Shown: one piece after another, positions 10,155 to 19,103 of the stretch
Layout of the letters: every line of letters starts with the position of its first letter
Position numbering within the stretch: position 1 is the stretch's first letter
Source: Candidatus Hydrogenedentota bacterium
GTDB lineage: Bacteria; Hydrogenedentota; Hydrogenedentia; Hydrogenedentales; SLHB01
Assembly: GCA_034408725.1 (NCBI GenBank)
Contig: JAWXCN010000105.1
Location: 1-41,617 of the forward strand
DNA length: 41,617 nucleotides
Direction of reading: 5' to 3'
Translations under genes and position numbers: made by a program
The notes under the pieces: generated by a model
Databases searched by the model: none
The model's input: the letters and a program-made list of their open reading frames with translations, nothing else
What the model was told of the DNA's origin: nothing

Positions 10155-10412
10155 ATGGCAAAGTTATCGGTGATGATAGTATTAGTCGCAGTTGCGCTAT
10201 TGGGCTGCACTCCCGAGCCAACAGCTCCCGGTGCGCCCGTTCCATCAACGGCTTTGGTAGAACCGGCCCCTGCCACAGCGCCCGTACCCGAAACGGCGCA
10301 AGCGCCGGGTGAAACGAAATCCGCTACCGGCGATGATCTTGGCGACCTGGGAGACTTTGAACCCAATAATGTTCCCGACCGCGCCAGTTCCCGGAGATCG
10401 TCCACGCAATAA
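10155..10412 (+). CDS. Small Pro/Thr/Ala-rich lipoprotein B (85 aa), paralog of A
   Basis: MAKLSVMIVLVAVALLG-CTP lipobox with Cys18 as in A, P/T/A linker, C-terminal motif shared with A. Confidence 0.78.
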   Translation: MAKLSVMIVLVAVALLGCTPEPTAPGAPVPSTALVEPAPATAPVPETAQAPGETKSATGDDLGDLGDFEPNNVPDRASSRRSSTQ

Positions 10413-10436
10413 AAGTCTGCGGCCGACTCACCCGGC

Positions 10437-11444
10437 TCACATGTGTAGCCCTCGAGCTTTCAGTATTGGCAGCAACAATTCGAGATTGTCGCTCTGAATG
10501 TAGTCCGCGCCAGCGCTAATCGCGCGTTTGTAGCTCGCTTCGTTATCGTTCTTCCCCATTGTATTTACGAACGCGAGTTTGCCCTCGATATGTATGCGCC
10601 GCACCAGTTCTTCGGAGAAGTTGCCCCAATCGATATTCACAATCGGCGGATCGAATTCGGCGATCACGGAATTCAATCCGGGCAATCCTTTTGGTGCAGT
10701 CGGCCGGATGACGAACCCGGGTTCTATCGCAAGCGTTTCCTTGAGCTTGGCCCAATCTCCGCAATACAGCGTGCCCTTTCCCACCAATCCCGCGGCGCGA
10801 ACCGCCTCCACGAGTTTCTGCGGATCGCCAGCTTTGAAATCAATATCCGGCAATGCGCGACCCTCGATCGCTTTGAGCACTTCCTGAAAGGTTGGGACTT
10901 TCTCTCCGATGAATTTCGCATCGAACTTTGATCCCGCATCGAAAGCCCGAATCTCCTCAAGGTTCATCAACGCCACGTCGCCGCGACCCGTGGTGGTGCG
11001 CGCGATGCTCGCGTCGTGCATGACGATGAGATGGCCGTCCTTTGTTTCCCGGATATCCATCTCGAGCAGGTCCGCGCCGTGTTCGATTGCCGTGTTGAAT
11101 GCCACGATGGTGTTTTCCGGGGCGAACTTCACGGTGCCCCGGTGACCGACGAGAATAATGCCGGGCCAGATATAGGTATCTTTTCCAGCGGTTTTCAGCC
11201 GTTGAACGCGGGCGGCGCTGCTGTCAATTGTTGCTTCGACCGGTCCTTCCCCGCTAACACTCTCTACTTTCACATGCACGCTTGGCGCGGGCTCACGCGT
11301 TATCACGGGATTGGATAGCTTGCCGGACTTATGCTCCGTGATCGCGATGATTTCCGCATCCGACAGCGGAGGCAGCTTTGGAATCTCCGCCAGGCCGGCG
11401 GCGCACAGGGTGAACAATATCGTTGCAAGAATTTCGAGTCGCAT
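10437..11444 (-). CDS. Secreted glycerophosphodiester phosphodiesterase (GDPD)
   Basis: Signal peptide MRLEILATILFTLCAAGLA after RBS GGAG. VGHRG, PENT, LEMDIRETKDGHLIVMHD, GADYIQSD motifs. Start corrected to 11444. Confidence 0.9.
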   Translation of the reverse strand: MRLEILATILFTLCAAGLAEIPKLPPLSDAEIIAITEHKSGKLSNPVITREPAPSVHVKVESVSGEGPVEATIDSSAARVQRLKTAGKDTYIWPGIILVGHRGTVKFAPENTIVAFNTAIEHGADLLEMDIRETKDGHLIVMHDASIARTTTGRGDVALMNLEEIRAFDAGSKFDAKFIGEKVPTFQEVLKAIEGRALPDIDFKAGDPQKLVEAVRAAGLVGKGTLYCGDWAKLKETLAIEPGFVIRPTAPKGLPGLNSVIAEFDPPIVNIDWGNFSEELVRRIHIEGKLAFVNTMGKNDNEASYKRAISAGADYIQSDNLELLLPILKARGLHM

Positions 11445-11574
11445 TGCGATCACTCCGAGGTTTCCGGTGCGGGGGTCACGAATGACATTACCACGATGGG
11501 GCAAGGAATTGAACCACGGGAGCGCCGTCTGCCACGATAGCGTTTTCCACCCCATAGTTGAAGGAAGTGCAAGC

Positions 11575-12978
11575 ATGTCCAAATTCCGAATGATCTTTCC
11601 AATCCTGATTGCCGCAATTGCTGTGAATTCATGTGCGGCGGGTCCAAAGCCCATGTCATTCGCTGAGCACACGTTGGATAAGGCGCCCAAGAATATAATT
11701 GTGTTGGTAGCCGATGGTTGGAGTTACAACTGCGTCGAAGCGGCTGGATACTTTCAACATGGTGAAAAGGGCACACAACCGTATGAGCGCGATTTCACGC
11801 TGTTCCCGATGTCTACATTTTCCTTGAACGGACAAGGGTATGATCCGGAACTGGCATGGAGCGACTACGAGTATCTAAAAAAAGGCGCCGCAGATTCTGC
11901 GGCGACTGCAACGACAATGTCTACGGGCGTCAAAACTACGAACGGCGCGATTGGCGTGGACAAAGACAAAGCCCCTCTCGAACACGCGGTGCAGGTTGCC
12001 GAAAAAACGGGCAAAGCAACGGGCGTAGTCACCTCGGTCCAGATGAGCCATGCCACACCGGCGGCATTTGTCGCGCATGTCAAAGGGCGCGGTGCGTATG
12101 CGGATATCGCGAAGGAGATGCTGCTGGAATCGGGATGCGAAGTTATCATGGGCGCGGGGCATCCCTGGTACGACAATGACGGTAAACTCGTCCTGACGAA
12201 AGACGCCAACGGCGTCGAGACGACACCAAACTCATACCGGTTCGTGGGCGACGAGGCTTTGTGGCGCGAATGCGTCGCCGGCGCCGCGGGTGGCGATTGC
12301 GATGGCGACGGGCAACCGGACGCGTGGAAGTTAATTCAAACGCGCGAGGAATTTCAGCAGCTCGCGAATGGCGACACGCCGAAACGGGTATTGGGCGTTC
12401 CACAGGTCGCGGATGCGTTGCAAGTATCGCGAACAAGTGTTGATGGCGTTCCGGAAGATGATGCTGCGTTTCAGACGCCGTTGTTGACGACCGTGCCCAC
12501 ATTGCCTGAAATGGCGTTGGCGGCGCTGAATGTATTGGACAATGATCCCGACGGGTTCTATCTTATGATTGAAGGCGGCGCTGTGGATTGGGCAAACCAC
12601 GCAAATGTCGCGGGACGAATGATCGAGGAAATGATCGGTTACGGTGAAACCGTGCAGGCCGTTTCGGATTGGGTAGAGAAGAACAGCTCGTGGGATGAAA
12701 CGCTTGTCATTGTGACGGGCGATCACGAATGCGGTTATCTGCTCGGCCCCGGTTCGAAGCCTGATTTGAAACCGATTGTGAACAACGGTAAAGGCGTCAT
12801 GCCGGGAATGGAGTATCATTACAAAAGTCACACGAACCAGCTCATCCCCTGCTACGTGCGCGGGGCTGGCGTCGAGCTGTTCACGAAAGCCGCCACAGGC
12901 AAAGACCCCGTGCGCGGCGCTTATATCGACAATACGGACGTCGGCCTTATAACCAAGCGATTGCTCGCCGCACGATAA
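11575..12978 (+). CDS. Alkaline phosphatase (PhoA family), exported
   Basis: KNIIVLVADG, active-site DSAATAT, HATPAAF, MIEGGAVDWANH, VTGDHECG, SHTNQL. Signal peptide from ATG 11575. Confidence 0.92.
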   Translation: MSKFRMIFPILIAAIAVNSCAAGPKPMSFAEHTLDKAPKNIIVLVADGWSYNCVEAAGYFQHGEKGTQPYERDFTLFPMSTFSLNGQGYDPELAWSDYEYLKKGAADSAATATTMSTGVKTTNGAIGVDKDKAPLEHAVQVAEKTGKATGVVTSVQMSHATPAAFVAHVKGRGAYADIAKEMLLESGCEVIMGAGHPWYDNDGKLVLTKDANGVETTPNSYRFVGDEALWRECVAGAAGGDCDGDGQPDAWKLIQTREEFQQLANGDTPKRVLGVPQVADALQVSRTSVDGVPEDDAAFQTPLLTTVPTLPEMALAALNVLDNDPDGFYLMIEGGAVDWANHANVAGRMIEEMIGYGETVQAVSDWVEKNSSWDETLVIVTGDHECGYLLGPGSKPDLKPIVNNGKGVMPGMEYHYKSHTNQLIPCYVRGAGVELFTKAATGKDPVRGAYIDNTDVGLITKRLLAAR

Positions 12979-13008
12979 CGCGACGACCGAAATGACCGGG
13001 AGACTGAC

Positions 13009-14115
13009 ATGACACGAATGTTCACAACGTTATTCGCAACTTATTTGTGCGCATGCGCCTGGGCCGCGGAATATCCCGCCCTCGCGATTGGAGCGTCCGC
13101 GCCGGATTTCGCACTAGAAGGCGTGGATGGCAAAACCCACAACTTGGCCGATTTCGCGGACGCGGATGTGCTGGCAATCGTGTTTACCTGTAACCATTGC
13201 CCGACCGCACAGGCCTATGAAGCGCGGGTGCAAAAGTTGTACGACGATTACAAGGACAAGGGCGTAACCCTCATCGCAATCTCGACCAACGACCCGCTTG
13301 CGTTGCGGTTGGATGAATTGGGCTTCAGCGATCTCGGGGACAGCTTCGACGAAATGAAGCAGCGCGCGAAGGACATCAACATCACGTATCCGTATCTTTA
13401 CGATGGCGACACGCAGGCCGTGGGACACGCGTATGGCCCTGCATCTACGCCGCATGTGTTTGTGTTCGACAAGGCCCGCACGCTGCGCTATACCGGTCGC
13501 ATCGACGATTCCGAACGGGAGAGCGACATCAAATTACAGGACATGCGCAATGCCATCGATGCGCTTCTCGCCGGTAAGCCCGTGTCCGTCGAGAAGACAA
13601 ACTCGGTCGGGTGTTCCACGAAATGGTCGGAGAAACGCGACACGGTGACGGCGTCCCTGGAAAAATGGGCAACGGAACCGGTAAGCGTCTCGGATATTGA
13701 TTCGGAACAGATTACCTCGCTGCTGAAGAATAATTCGGGCAAATTCCGTTTGATTAATCTCTGGACGACGTGGTGCGGCCCCTGCGTGGTCGAGTTCCCG
13801 GAGTTTGTCACGATGAACCGCATGTACCGCGGACGTGATTTCGAACTGGTGACAATCTCCGGGGACACGCGCGAAAACACGAAGCGGGTTGAAGAATTCT
13901 TGAAGAAGCAGCAGGCATCCAACACGAATTATCAGTTTGATAATGACGATACATACAAACTGGTCGAGGCGGTGGGCAACGGTTGGACAGGGGCGTTTCC
14001 GTTCACGCTGTTGGTAGCGCCGGGGGGAAAGGTTGTGTATTCACACCAAGGCGCGATCGATCCGCTGGAAGTGAAGAAAGCAATTGTTGCGCAGGTTGGC
14101 CGGACGTATAAATAG
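13009..14115 (+). CDS. Exported double thioredoxin-fold (redoxin + TlpA-like) protein
   Basis: Signal peptide. Domain 1: APDF, CNHCP, TPHVFVFD, YTGRIDD, GCSTKW. Domain 2: NLWTTWCGPC, FPFT. Confidence 0.88.
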   Translation: MTRMFTTLFATYLCACAWAAEYPALAIGASAPDFALEGVDGKTHNLADFADADVLAIVFTCNHCPTAQAYEARVQKLYDDYKDKGVTLIAISTNDPLALRLDELGFSDLGDSFDEMKQRAKDINITYPYLYDGDTQAVGHAYGPASTPHVFVFDKARTLRYTGRIDDSERESDIKLQDMRNAIDALLAGKPVSVEKTNSVGCSTKWSEKRDTVTASLEKWATEPVSVSDIDSEQITSLLKNNSGKFRLINLWTTWCGPCVVEFPEFVTMNRMYRGRDFELVTISGDTRENTKRVEEFLKKQQASNTNYQFDNDDTYKLVEAVGNGWTGAFPFTLLVAPGGKVVYSHQGAIDPLEVKKAIVAQVGRTYK

Positions 14116-14120
14116 CAAAC

Positions 14121-14191
14121 GGAGCGCGGGTTTTCTAACCCGCCGTCTCTTGATAAAAACAATCAATGGCGGGTTGGCTTACCCGCCCTCC
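14121..14191. repeat. REP-like inverted doublet between convergent genes
   Basis: GGAGCGCGGGTTTTCTAACCCGCC (14121-14144) and inverted GGCGGGTTGGCTTACCCGCCCTCC (14168-14191). Each is a hairpin; AT-rich spacer. Confidence 0.7.
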
Positions 14192-15354
14192 TATTTCACG
14201 TTCTCATACAATTTAATGTTATGCGTTGAACGGCCGCCGGCGACGATATCGGCGCGGCCATCGCCGTTCAGGTCCGCGGCGACGGCGTCTTCCGTGGCCA
14301 TGCCGCCTTCGTCAATGCTGTGTTTTTCCCAACCATCGCCCGTATTTTCGTAGACGAAGAGTCCTGGTTTTTGCTTCGCGGGAGATTTATCGCGATGCCC
14401 TGCCAGCAAGTCCTCGTCACCGTCTCCATCAAAATCGGCCCAGTAGATCGCGTGCCCGCCCGCGAACGAATCATCAAGCACTTCGCGCTTCCAATCCGCG
14501 GGCGTCGAACCCATTTTGTACACAACAACGTGGTTCGCATGCCACGGTTCGATGGTCGCGAGCATGTACGGCTTACCCGCGGTGACCTTGATCTCTCCCG
14601 CTCCCGCGCGCGGGATTGGTTCGTAGTTTCCCGGCGCAAGCGAGTCTTTGCTCCAACTTCCGTTGATACGGCGCAATAGTGTAATTCCTTCAAAGGACGC
14701 GGCAAGAATTGCGTCTTGCTTTGCGCCTTCGACGCGCCACGGCCAGATGTTGTGGCAAACGTGTAACGATTCATTGATCAACTCTTCAGTCCATTCTCCA
14801 TCGCCGGGACGCAACGCGAAAATGCGCAACGGTTTGTCATCGAAATTGGGCGGGGTCGAGCCGACGCCTTTCAATGGAGACACGATAAGCTCGTGCGCGC
14901 CGTTGCCATCCACATCCGCCCAGCGCATGCGATGGAGCGTAGGCACGGTCTCGCGAATGGTAGTCACCGCCCACGGCGCGGCGGGATCGCCCATGTGCTT
15001 GAGCAAATAGATCGCGCCGCCGCCTTCGGTGTTGTTCGGCTGCCAATCCGCACCGACAGCCAGTTCCGGCACGCCGTCTCCGTCTATGTCGTGAATGGCG
15101 ACGCAAACGTTGTCCTTGCGGAACTGTTCCGCGATGCGATGTTGTTTCCAGGTCGGGTTCTCGTACCACGCAACATAGGTCGCGCTGATACCGATGATGT
15201 CGGGTTTCCCGTCCTTGTTCATGTCCGTCACATCCACTGCGTACACTACTTCGGCGTCAGGATTGATTACGTGCTCCTTAAAGGAAACGAAATCATCCGC
15301 ATAAAGTACCGGCATTACGAAAGTTGCTGCACAGATTGCATGAAACACACGCAT
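14191..15354 (-). CDS. Secreted FG-GAP/VCBS repeat beta-propeller (aldos-2-ulose dehydratase-like N-terminal fold)
   Basis: Repeated DMNKDGKPD, DIDGDGVPE, DVDGNGAHE, DFDGDGDED, DLNGDGRAD Ca-binding loops, plus PTLHRMRW and IEPWH motifs. Confidence 0.8.
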   Translation of the reverse strand: MRVFHAICAATFVMPVLYADDFVSFKEHVINPDAEVVYAVDVTDMNKDGKPDIIGISATYVAWYENPTWKQHRIAEQFRKDNVCVAIHDIDGDGVPELAVGADWQPNNTEGGGAIYLLKHMGDPAAPWAVTTIRETVPTLHRMRWADVDGNGAHELIVSPLKGVGSTPPNFDDKPLRIFALRPGDGEWTEELINESLHVCHNIWPWRVEGAKQDAILAASFEGITLLRRINGSWSKDSLAPGNYEPIPRAGAGEIKVTAGKPYMLATIEPWHANHVVVYKMGSTPADWKREVLDDSFAGGHAIYWADFDGDGDEDLLAGHRDKSPAKQKPGLFVYENTGDGWEKHSIDEGGMATEDAVAADLNGDGRADIVAGGRSTHNIKLYENVK

Positions 15355-15386
15355 GAGAAATTGCCTAACGATGGTAGTTGTGATGC

Positions 15387-18377
15387 TTATTTCAGACTCT
15401 GCAAATACGCGACCAGGTCCGCGAGCTCCTGCGCGGTGAGCGCGGCGGTCAATCCGTTCGGCATCAGAGACGCGGTCGATGCGCTGCGTTCAAGTACATC
15501 GGGCGGATTCAATGTGGTCACCGTGCCCGCGGAATCGATCAGCTCTATGTTGTCCGCGGACTCCGCGCGGATGAATCCGCTCAGCGCGCCTTCTTCAAAC
15601 GTTGTCAAAATCCATACCTTGTACTCTGGCGAAACAGCCGCGCTAGGATTGAGCAGCGATTCGAACAGGTTTTCCTTGCTTCCCTTCTGACCTATTTTGG
15701 AAAGGTCAGGTCCCACGAGTTTTCCTTCGCCGTTCACGACGTGACAGCGGAAACACTGTGCCCGATCGGGACTGAAAAAGACTTCCTTGCCGCGCGAGGC
15801 ATCACCGGTCATCGAGAGCATTTCCGTCAGCGGTGGCAACTGATGGCCATCGCGCGTGCTTGCGCGCGGCAACACCTTCTCTGCCATCAACCGAATATTT
15901 TCATGGGGACTTGAATGCATCGTTTCCGTGGCGTCCAACAGCAGGTCGTCTGGAATCTCCTTTTTTTCAGCAAGACCGATCAGGACGTTTGAGCCCGGCT
16001 TCGAGTTGGCCAAGGCATGCAAGGCTTCTCGCCTCAGTTCAGCGGTTGCATTGCCGTTGATCAGCACGCCGCTTAGCGCGTCTAACGCATCATCGCCCTT
16101 GAACGCACCGAGCGCTTTCACCGCCGCGGCCTGCGTTGCGGCATCCGGATCGGCAAGTAGCGCGGTCATTGTGTTCAAATGCGGCGCGGTATCGCTGCGC
16201 GACGCGCGCGATGCGAGCGTTTGCAAGGTATTCAGCGCGGCGACGCGATCTTCTGTCGATGCACCTGCATCGGCTGCGCGCGTGACGATAATGGAGATAG
16301 CGGGTGTGAAGCGCGTCTCGGCAACAAACGCGAGCGCACCATTGAGCTGCTCGGGGTTGCCAATCACCGCGTCAAGGTACGTCGCAATGGCGCTTTTTTC
16401 GAGCACATTGCGCCAACGGTCGCCCTCATCGCGCGCGAGCAGATGCAGCGCATGCGATTTCAATTCCTCTGGCGCATCAGCCGTCAATACCTTCACTACG
16501 TGTTGTCCGGCTTCCGTCGACCCAATGGCGTCGAGAGCATCTAGCGCCGCTATGCGAAGATCAGGTTCAAGCTTCGAGTCTCCGAGCGCCGATAGAACAA
16601 AAGGTAGCGCATCGGGCGGGTGGAGTTGGATTACAAGGCCGGCCATGCGCTCGTCCCATGTGCCCCCTAACTGCGCAGTTATTTCGTTGTAAGCCCATGA
16701 CTCGATGCCCCGGAGCGCGATTCCAATGGCTTCTCTATAGAATCTGTCATTACCGTCATATTGCGTCACAAGCTGGATAATAACCGGCTTTGCCCAAGGC
16801 TCAGTATTGTAACGTCTAAGTTCAAGCAGCAATTGCGCGCGCACCCGTGCATCGGGGTTGTTGATAATATCCTCTTGAAATGCCATTTTCAGCATCGGCA
16901 TTCCTTCACGCGCCAACCGGCGAACAATCACACTTGCCAGGTTGCTGCCGTTGGGTAACAAAGCACCTTCCGAAACACCGTTATGTTCCCCGCGCATCAG
17001 TACCCAGTACGCGCGGGCGGCGTCAGCGGAATTCTTCTTTTTTTGCATTGCCTGCAACGCTGCAGTGACTTCCCAGTTCAGGCGTTGTGCTTTCGGCGCA
17101 TGAGCATACGCCAGATACCGGCGGGCTTGGTTCGGAGAATTGAGCGCATTCAACAATCCTTCGGGACTTTCCAGATCAAGTACCGGTACCTCGCTTTTGT
17201 TGCCCATTGGCGCCAGACGATAAATGCGTCCGCGGGAAACATCGCCCATGCGATGACCACCCACACCCGGGTCATACCAATCGGAGATGTACAGTGATCC
17301 GTCCGGCGCGGCGCATACATCGCTCGGACGGAACCACGGGTCCTCGTCGCAGGAAACGAGAACGTCAATTTTCGACGAATATCCCGCGCCCAACGGTTCG
17401 GGCCGATACGACCTCACCACGCGGGGACCGGCGTCCGTATGGATCAGCGCGTTTTGGAATTGTGCGGGAAGCAGCGTCCCTTGGTAGAACATCAAGCCCG
17501 TGGGGGATCCCATGCCGGTCTTGACCATCGCCGGAACTACGCCGGGCTGGTCCGCATTCCAGTGCACCGCATCTAGCTTCCGGTCGCCTTTTCGCCGCGG
17601 CCAGTATCCGTAGTTGCCTCCTTCCATCACATAGTTGATGCGGCACTGCTCGTTGCCGTCGTCGTCGTTATCGGACACGAACACATTGCCCCACGGATCG
17701 ACTGCGGGTTCGTAGGGATTGCGCATGCCTTCCGCGAGCAGTTCGAGATGATCGCCTTCCAGATCGCAGCGCAACACCGTTGCCGCCTGATGCGGCCGGT
17801 CTTTTCCAACCTGGACACGGTTGCCGCTCTTGTCCGCGACGTCCAGTCCGCGATCGCCAACGCTGAAGTACAACATTCCATCGGGTCCGAACGATACGCC
17901 ATGAACCGTATGATCATGGTCTGCGCCTTCGAATCCCGTGAGGATAACGGTGCGCTTGTCCGCTACGCCGTCTTTGTCCACATCTTCCAGATAAAACAGG
18001 TCCGGCGCTTGGCAGATGTACACGCGGTCACCCAATACGGCAATGCCCATTGGCGCCTGCAATGTTTCATGTTGGTAGAAGGTCGTCGCTTTGTCGCAAC
18101 GCCCGTCGCCGTCAGTGTCTTCAAGAATGCGAATGCGGTCGCCCGCCTTCTCCGTTATCGGTTGATTGAACAACCGGTAGTTCCGCGCCTCGCACACCCA
18201 CACGCGCCCCTGCGCATCAATATCAATCGTTGTGGGGTTCCATACGTCCGGTTCGGCGGCGAAAAGCGTAATTTCAAGCCCGTCCGCGACTTTGATTTTC
18301 GCGAGACTGTCTTCGGGAGAGAGTTGCGCGAAGGCGCACAAGGCACAGGTCAGGGAGAAAAAGGCGTGGCGAAGCAT
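15387..18377 (-). CDS. PVC-type heme-binding CxxCH protein (putative membrane-bound dehydrogenase: sorbosone-DH-like propeller + HEAT repeats + cytochrome c)
   Basis: LFAAEPDVWNP, ILEDTDGDG, GMRNPY, FRPSDV..APDGSLYISDWYD, GRIYRL. C-terminal GDASRGKEVF..CFRCH..GPDLSKIG..SLMPNGL..DLVAYL. Confidence 0.92.
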   Translation of the reverse strand: MLRHAFFSLTCALCAFAQLSPEDSLAKIKVADGLEITLFAAEPDVWNPTTIDIDAQGRVWVCEARNYRLFNQPITEKAGDRIRILEDTDGDGRCDKATTFYQHETLQAPMGIAVLGDRVYICQAPDLFYLEDVDKDGVADKRTVILTGFEGADHDHTVHGVSFGPDGMLYFSVGDRGLDVADKSGNRVQVGKDRPHQAATVLRCDLEGDHLELLAEGMRNPYEPAVDPWGNVFVSDNDDDGNEQCRINYVMEGGNYGYWPRRKGDRKLDAVHWNADQPGVVPAMVKTGMGSPTGLMFYQGTLLPAQFQNALIHTDAGPRVVRSYRPEPLGAGYSSKIDVLVSCDEDPWFRPSDVCAAPDGSLYISDWYDPGVGGHRMGDVSRGRIYRLAPMGNKSEVPVLDLESPEGLLNALNSPNQARRYLAYAHAPKAQRLNWEVTAALQAMQKKKNSADAARAYWVLMRGEHNGVSEGALLPNGSNLASVIVRRLAREGMPMLKMAFQEDIINNPDARVRAQLLLELRRYNTEPWAKPVIIQLVTQYDGNDRFYREAIGIALRGIESWAYNEITAQLGGTWDERMAGLVIQLHPPDALPFVLSALGDSKLEPDLRIAALDALDAIGSTEAGQHVVKVLTADAPEELKSHALHLLARDEGDRWRNVLEKSAIATYLDAVIGNPEQLNGALAFVAETRFTPAISIIVTRAADAGASTEDRVAALNTLQTLASRASRSDTAPHLNTMTALLADPDAATQAAAVKALGAFKGDDALDALSGVLINGNATAELRREALHALANSKPGSNVLIGLAEKKEIPDDLLLDATETMHSSPHENIRLMAEKVLPRASTRDGHQLPPLTEMLSMTGDASRGKEVFFSPDRAQCFRCHVVNGEGKLVGPDLSKIGQKGSKENLFESLLNPSAAVSPEYKVWILTTFEEGALSGFIRAESADNIELIDSAGTVTTLNPPDVLERSASTASLMPNGLTAALTAQELADLVAYLQSLK

Positions 18378-18437
18378 AGTTGCACCTCTCGCTGGAATTT
18401 GCCCCGGCTAACGAATTGAGTTTAGCAGAAGGGTCCG

Positions 18438-18884
18438 CTATTTCTCACCGAGCGCCTCAATGTCAGCTTTGTCTTTTCCCCGGCCCACCGAACGCTTATT
18501 CTCAATGTATTGCGCTCGGCCGATAAAAAAGACTGGGATTCCATCCAAAATACCAGCAACTCTTCCTTCCCAAACACTCTCCAAGGGCACCCCGCTGATG
18601 GCATTGAGGATATCGATCCGGTTGGGTGGCACGCCTAGCTGGACCGTGTCCCCAGACACAAGAAAATCTGATGCGCGAAGCCCCAAAGATGCGAAACCGA
18701 ATGCGTTCAGCGCATCGATGAGACGCCCGGTATTCTCAGCGGTCGGTTGAATCAGAATATCAAGATCGCCCGTAAAACGCGGGTGCCCATAAAAAGCGAG
18801 TGCATGAGCCCCTATGATGACGAAATCAACTTGCTTGTCGTTTAATAATTCGACAAACTCTTTCAAGTCGCGGTGGAGGATCAT
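18438..18884 (-). CDS. Nucleotidyltransferase-fold protein (DUF6036/AbiEii-like)
   Basis: VIIGAHALAFYGHPRFTGDLDILI (G-A..R-x-T-x-D-x-D), RIDIL, C-terminal NKRSVGRGKDKADIEAL. Confidence 0.8.
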   Translation of the reverse strand: MILHRDLKEFVELLNDKQVDFVIIGAHALAFYGHPRFTGDLDILIQPTAENTGRLIDALNAFGFASLGLRASDFLVSGDTVQLGVPPNRIDILNAISGVPLESVWEGRVAGILDGIPVFFIGRAQYIENKRSVGRGKDKADIEALGEK

Positions 18885-19011
18885 CCTGGCCTCGCCTTAC
18901 GAGTTCAAACAAAATTGCCAATCGCTGCTCAGGAGTGAGCGAGGCGTAATACTTCCGGTCGGCTTCCTCAGCTTCTTCAAAGCTTCTGAATATTTGAGCA
19001 ACCTTTTCCAT
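18826..19011 (-). CDS. Small (61 aa) partner protein upstream of the nucleotidyltransferase, putative antitoxin-like
   Basis: Helical SFEEAEEADRKYYASLTPEQRLAILFEL pattern. Overlaps the NTase start by 59 nt. Preceded by an AT-rich segment. Confidence 0.65.
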   Translation of the reverse strand: MEKVAQIFRSFEEAEEADRKYYASLTPEQRLAILFELVRRGQDDPPPRLERVCRIIKRQAS

Positions 19012-19103
19012 GCATGATAATTATAGCAATTCTATCGAGTAAATGGCATCGTGAATCAGCTCAATAGCAACCTGAATATGGAGGGATAATCGTTGGTTAA
19101 AAG

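Noticed and set aside
11445-11574. Possible Pho box
   Set aside because: Only isolated half-site-like words; no 11-bp-spaced direct repeat.
11311-11690. Apparent 380-nt overlap of the GDPD and phosphatase ORFs
   Set aside because: Artefact of longest-ORF starts. Signal peptides and RBS place the starts at 11444 (-) and 11575 (+).
14893-15690. 265-aa plus-strand ORF (similarly 28521-29444 and 23832-24653)
   Set aside because: Antisense to well-supported genes, with no recognisable domains.
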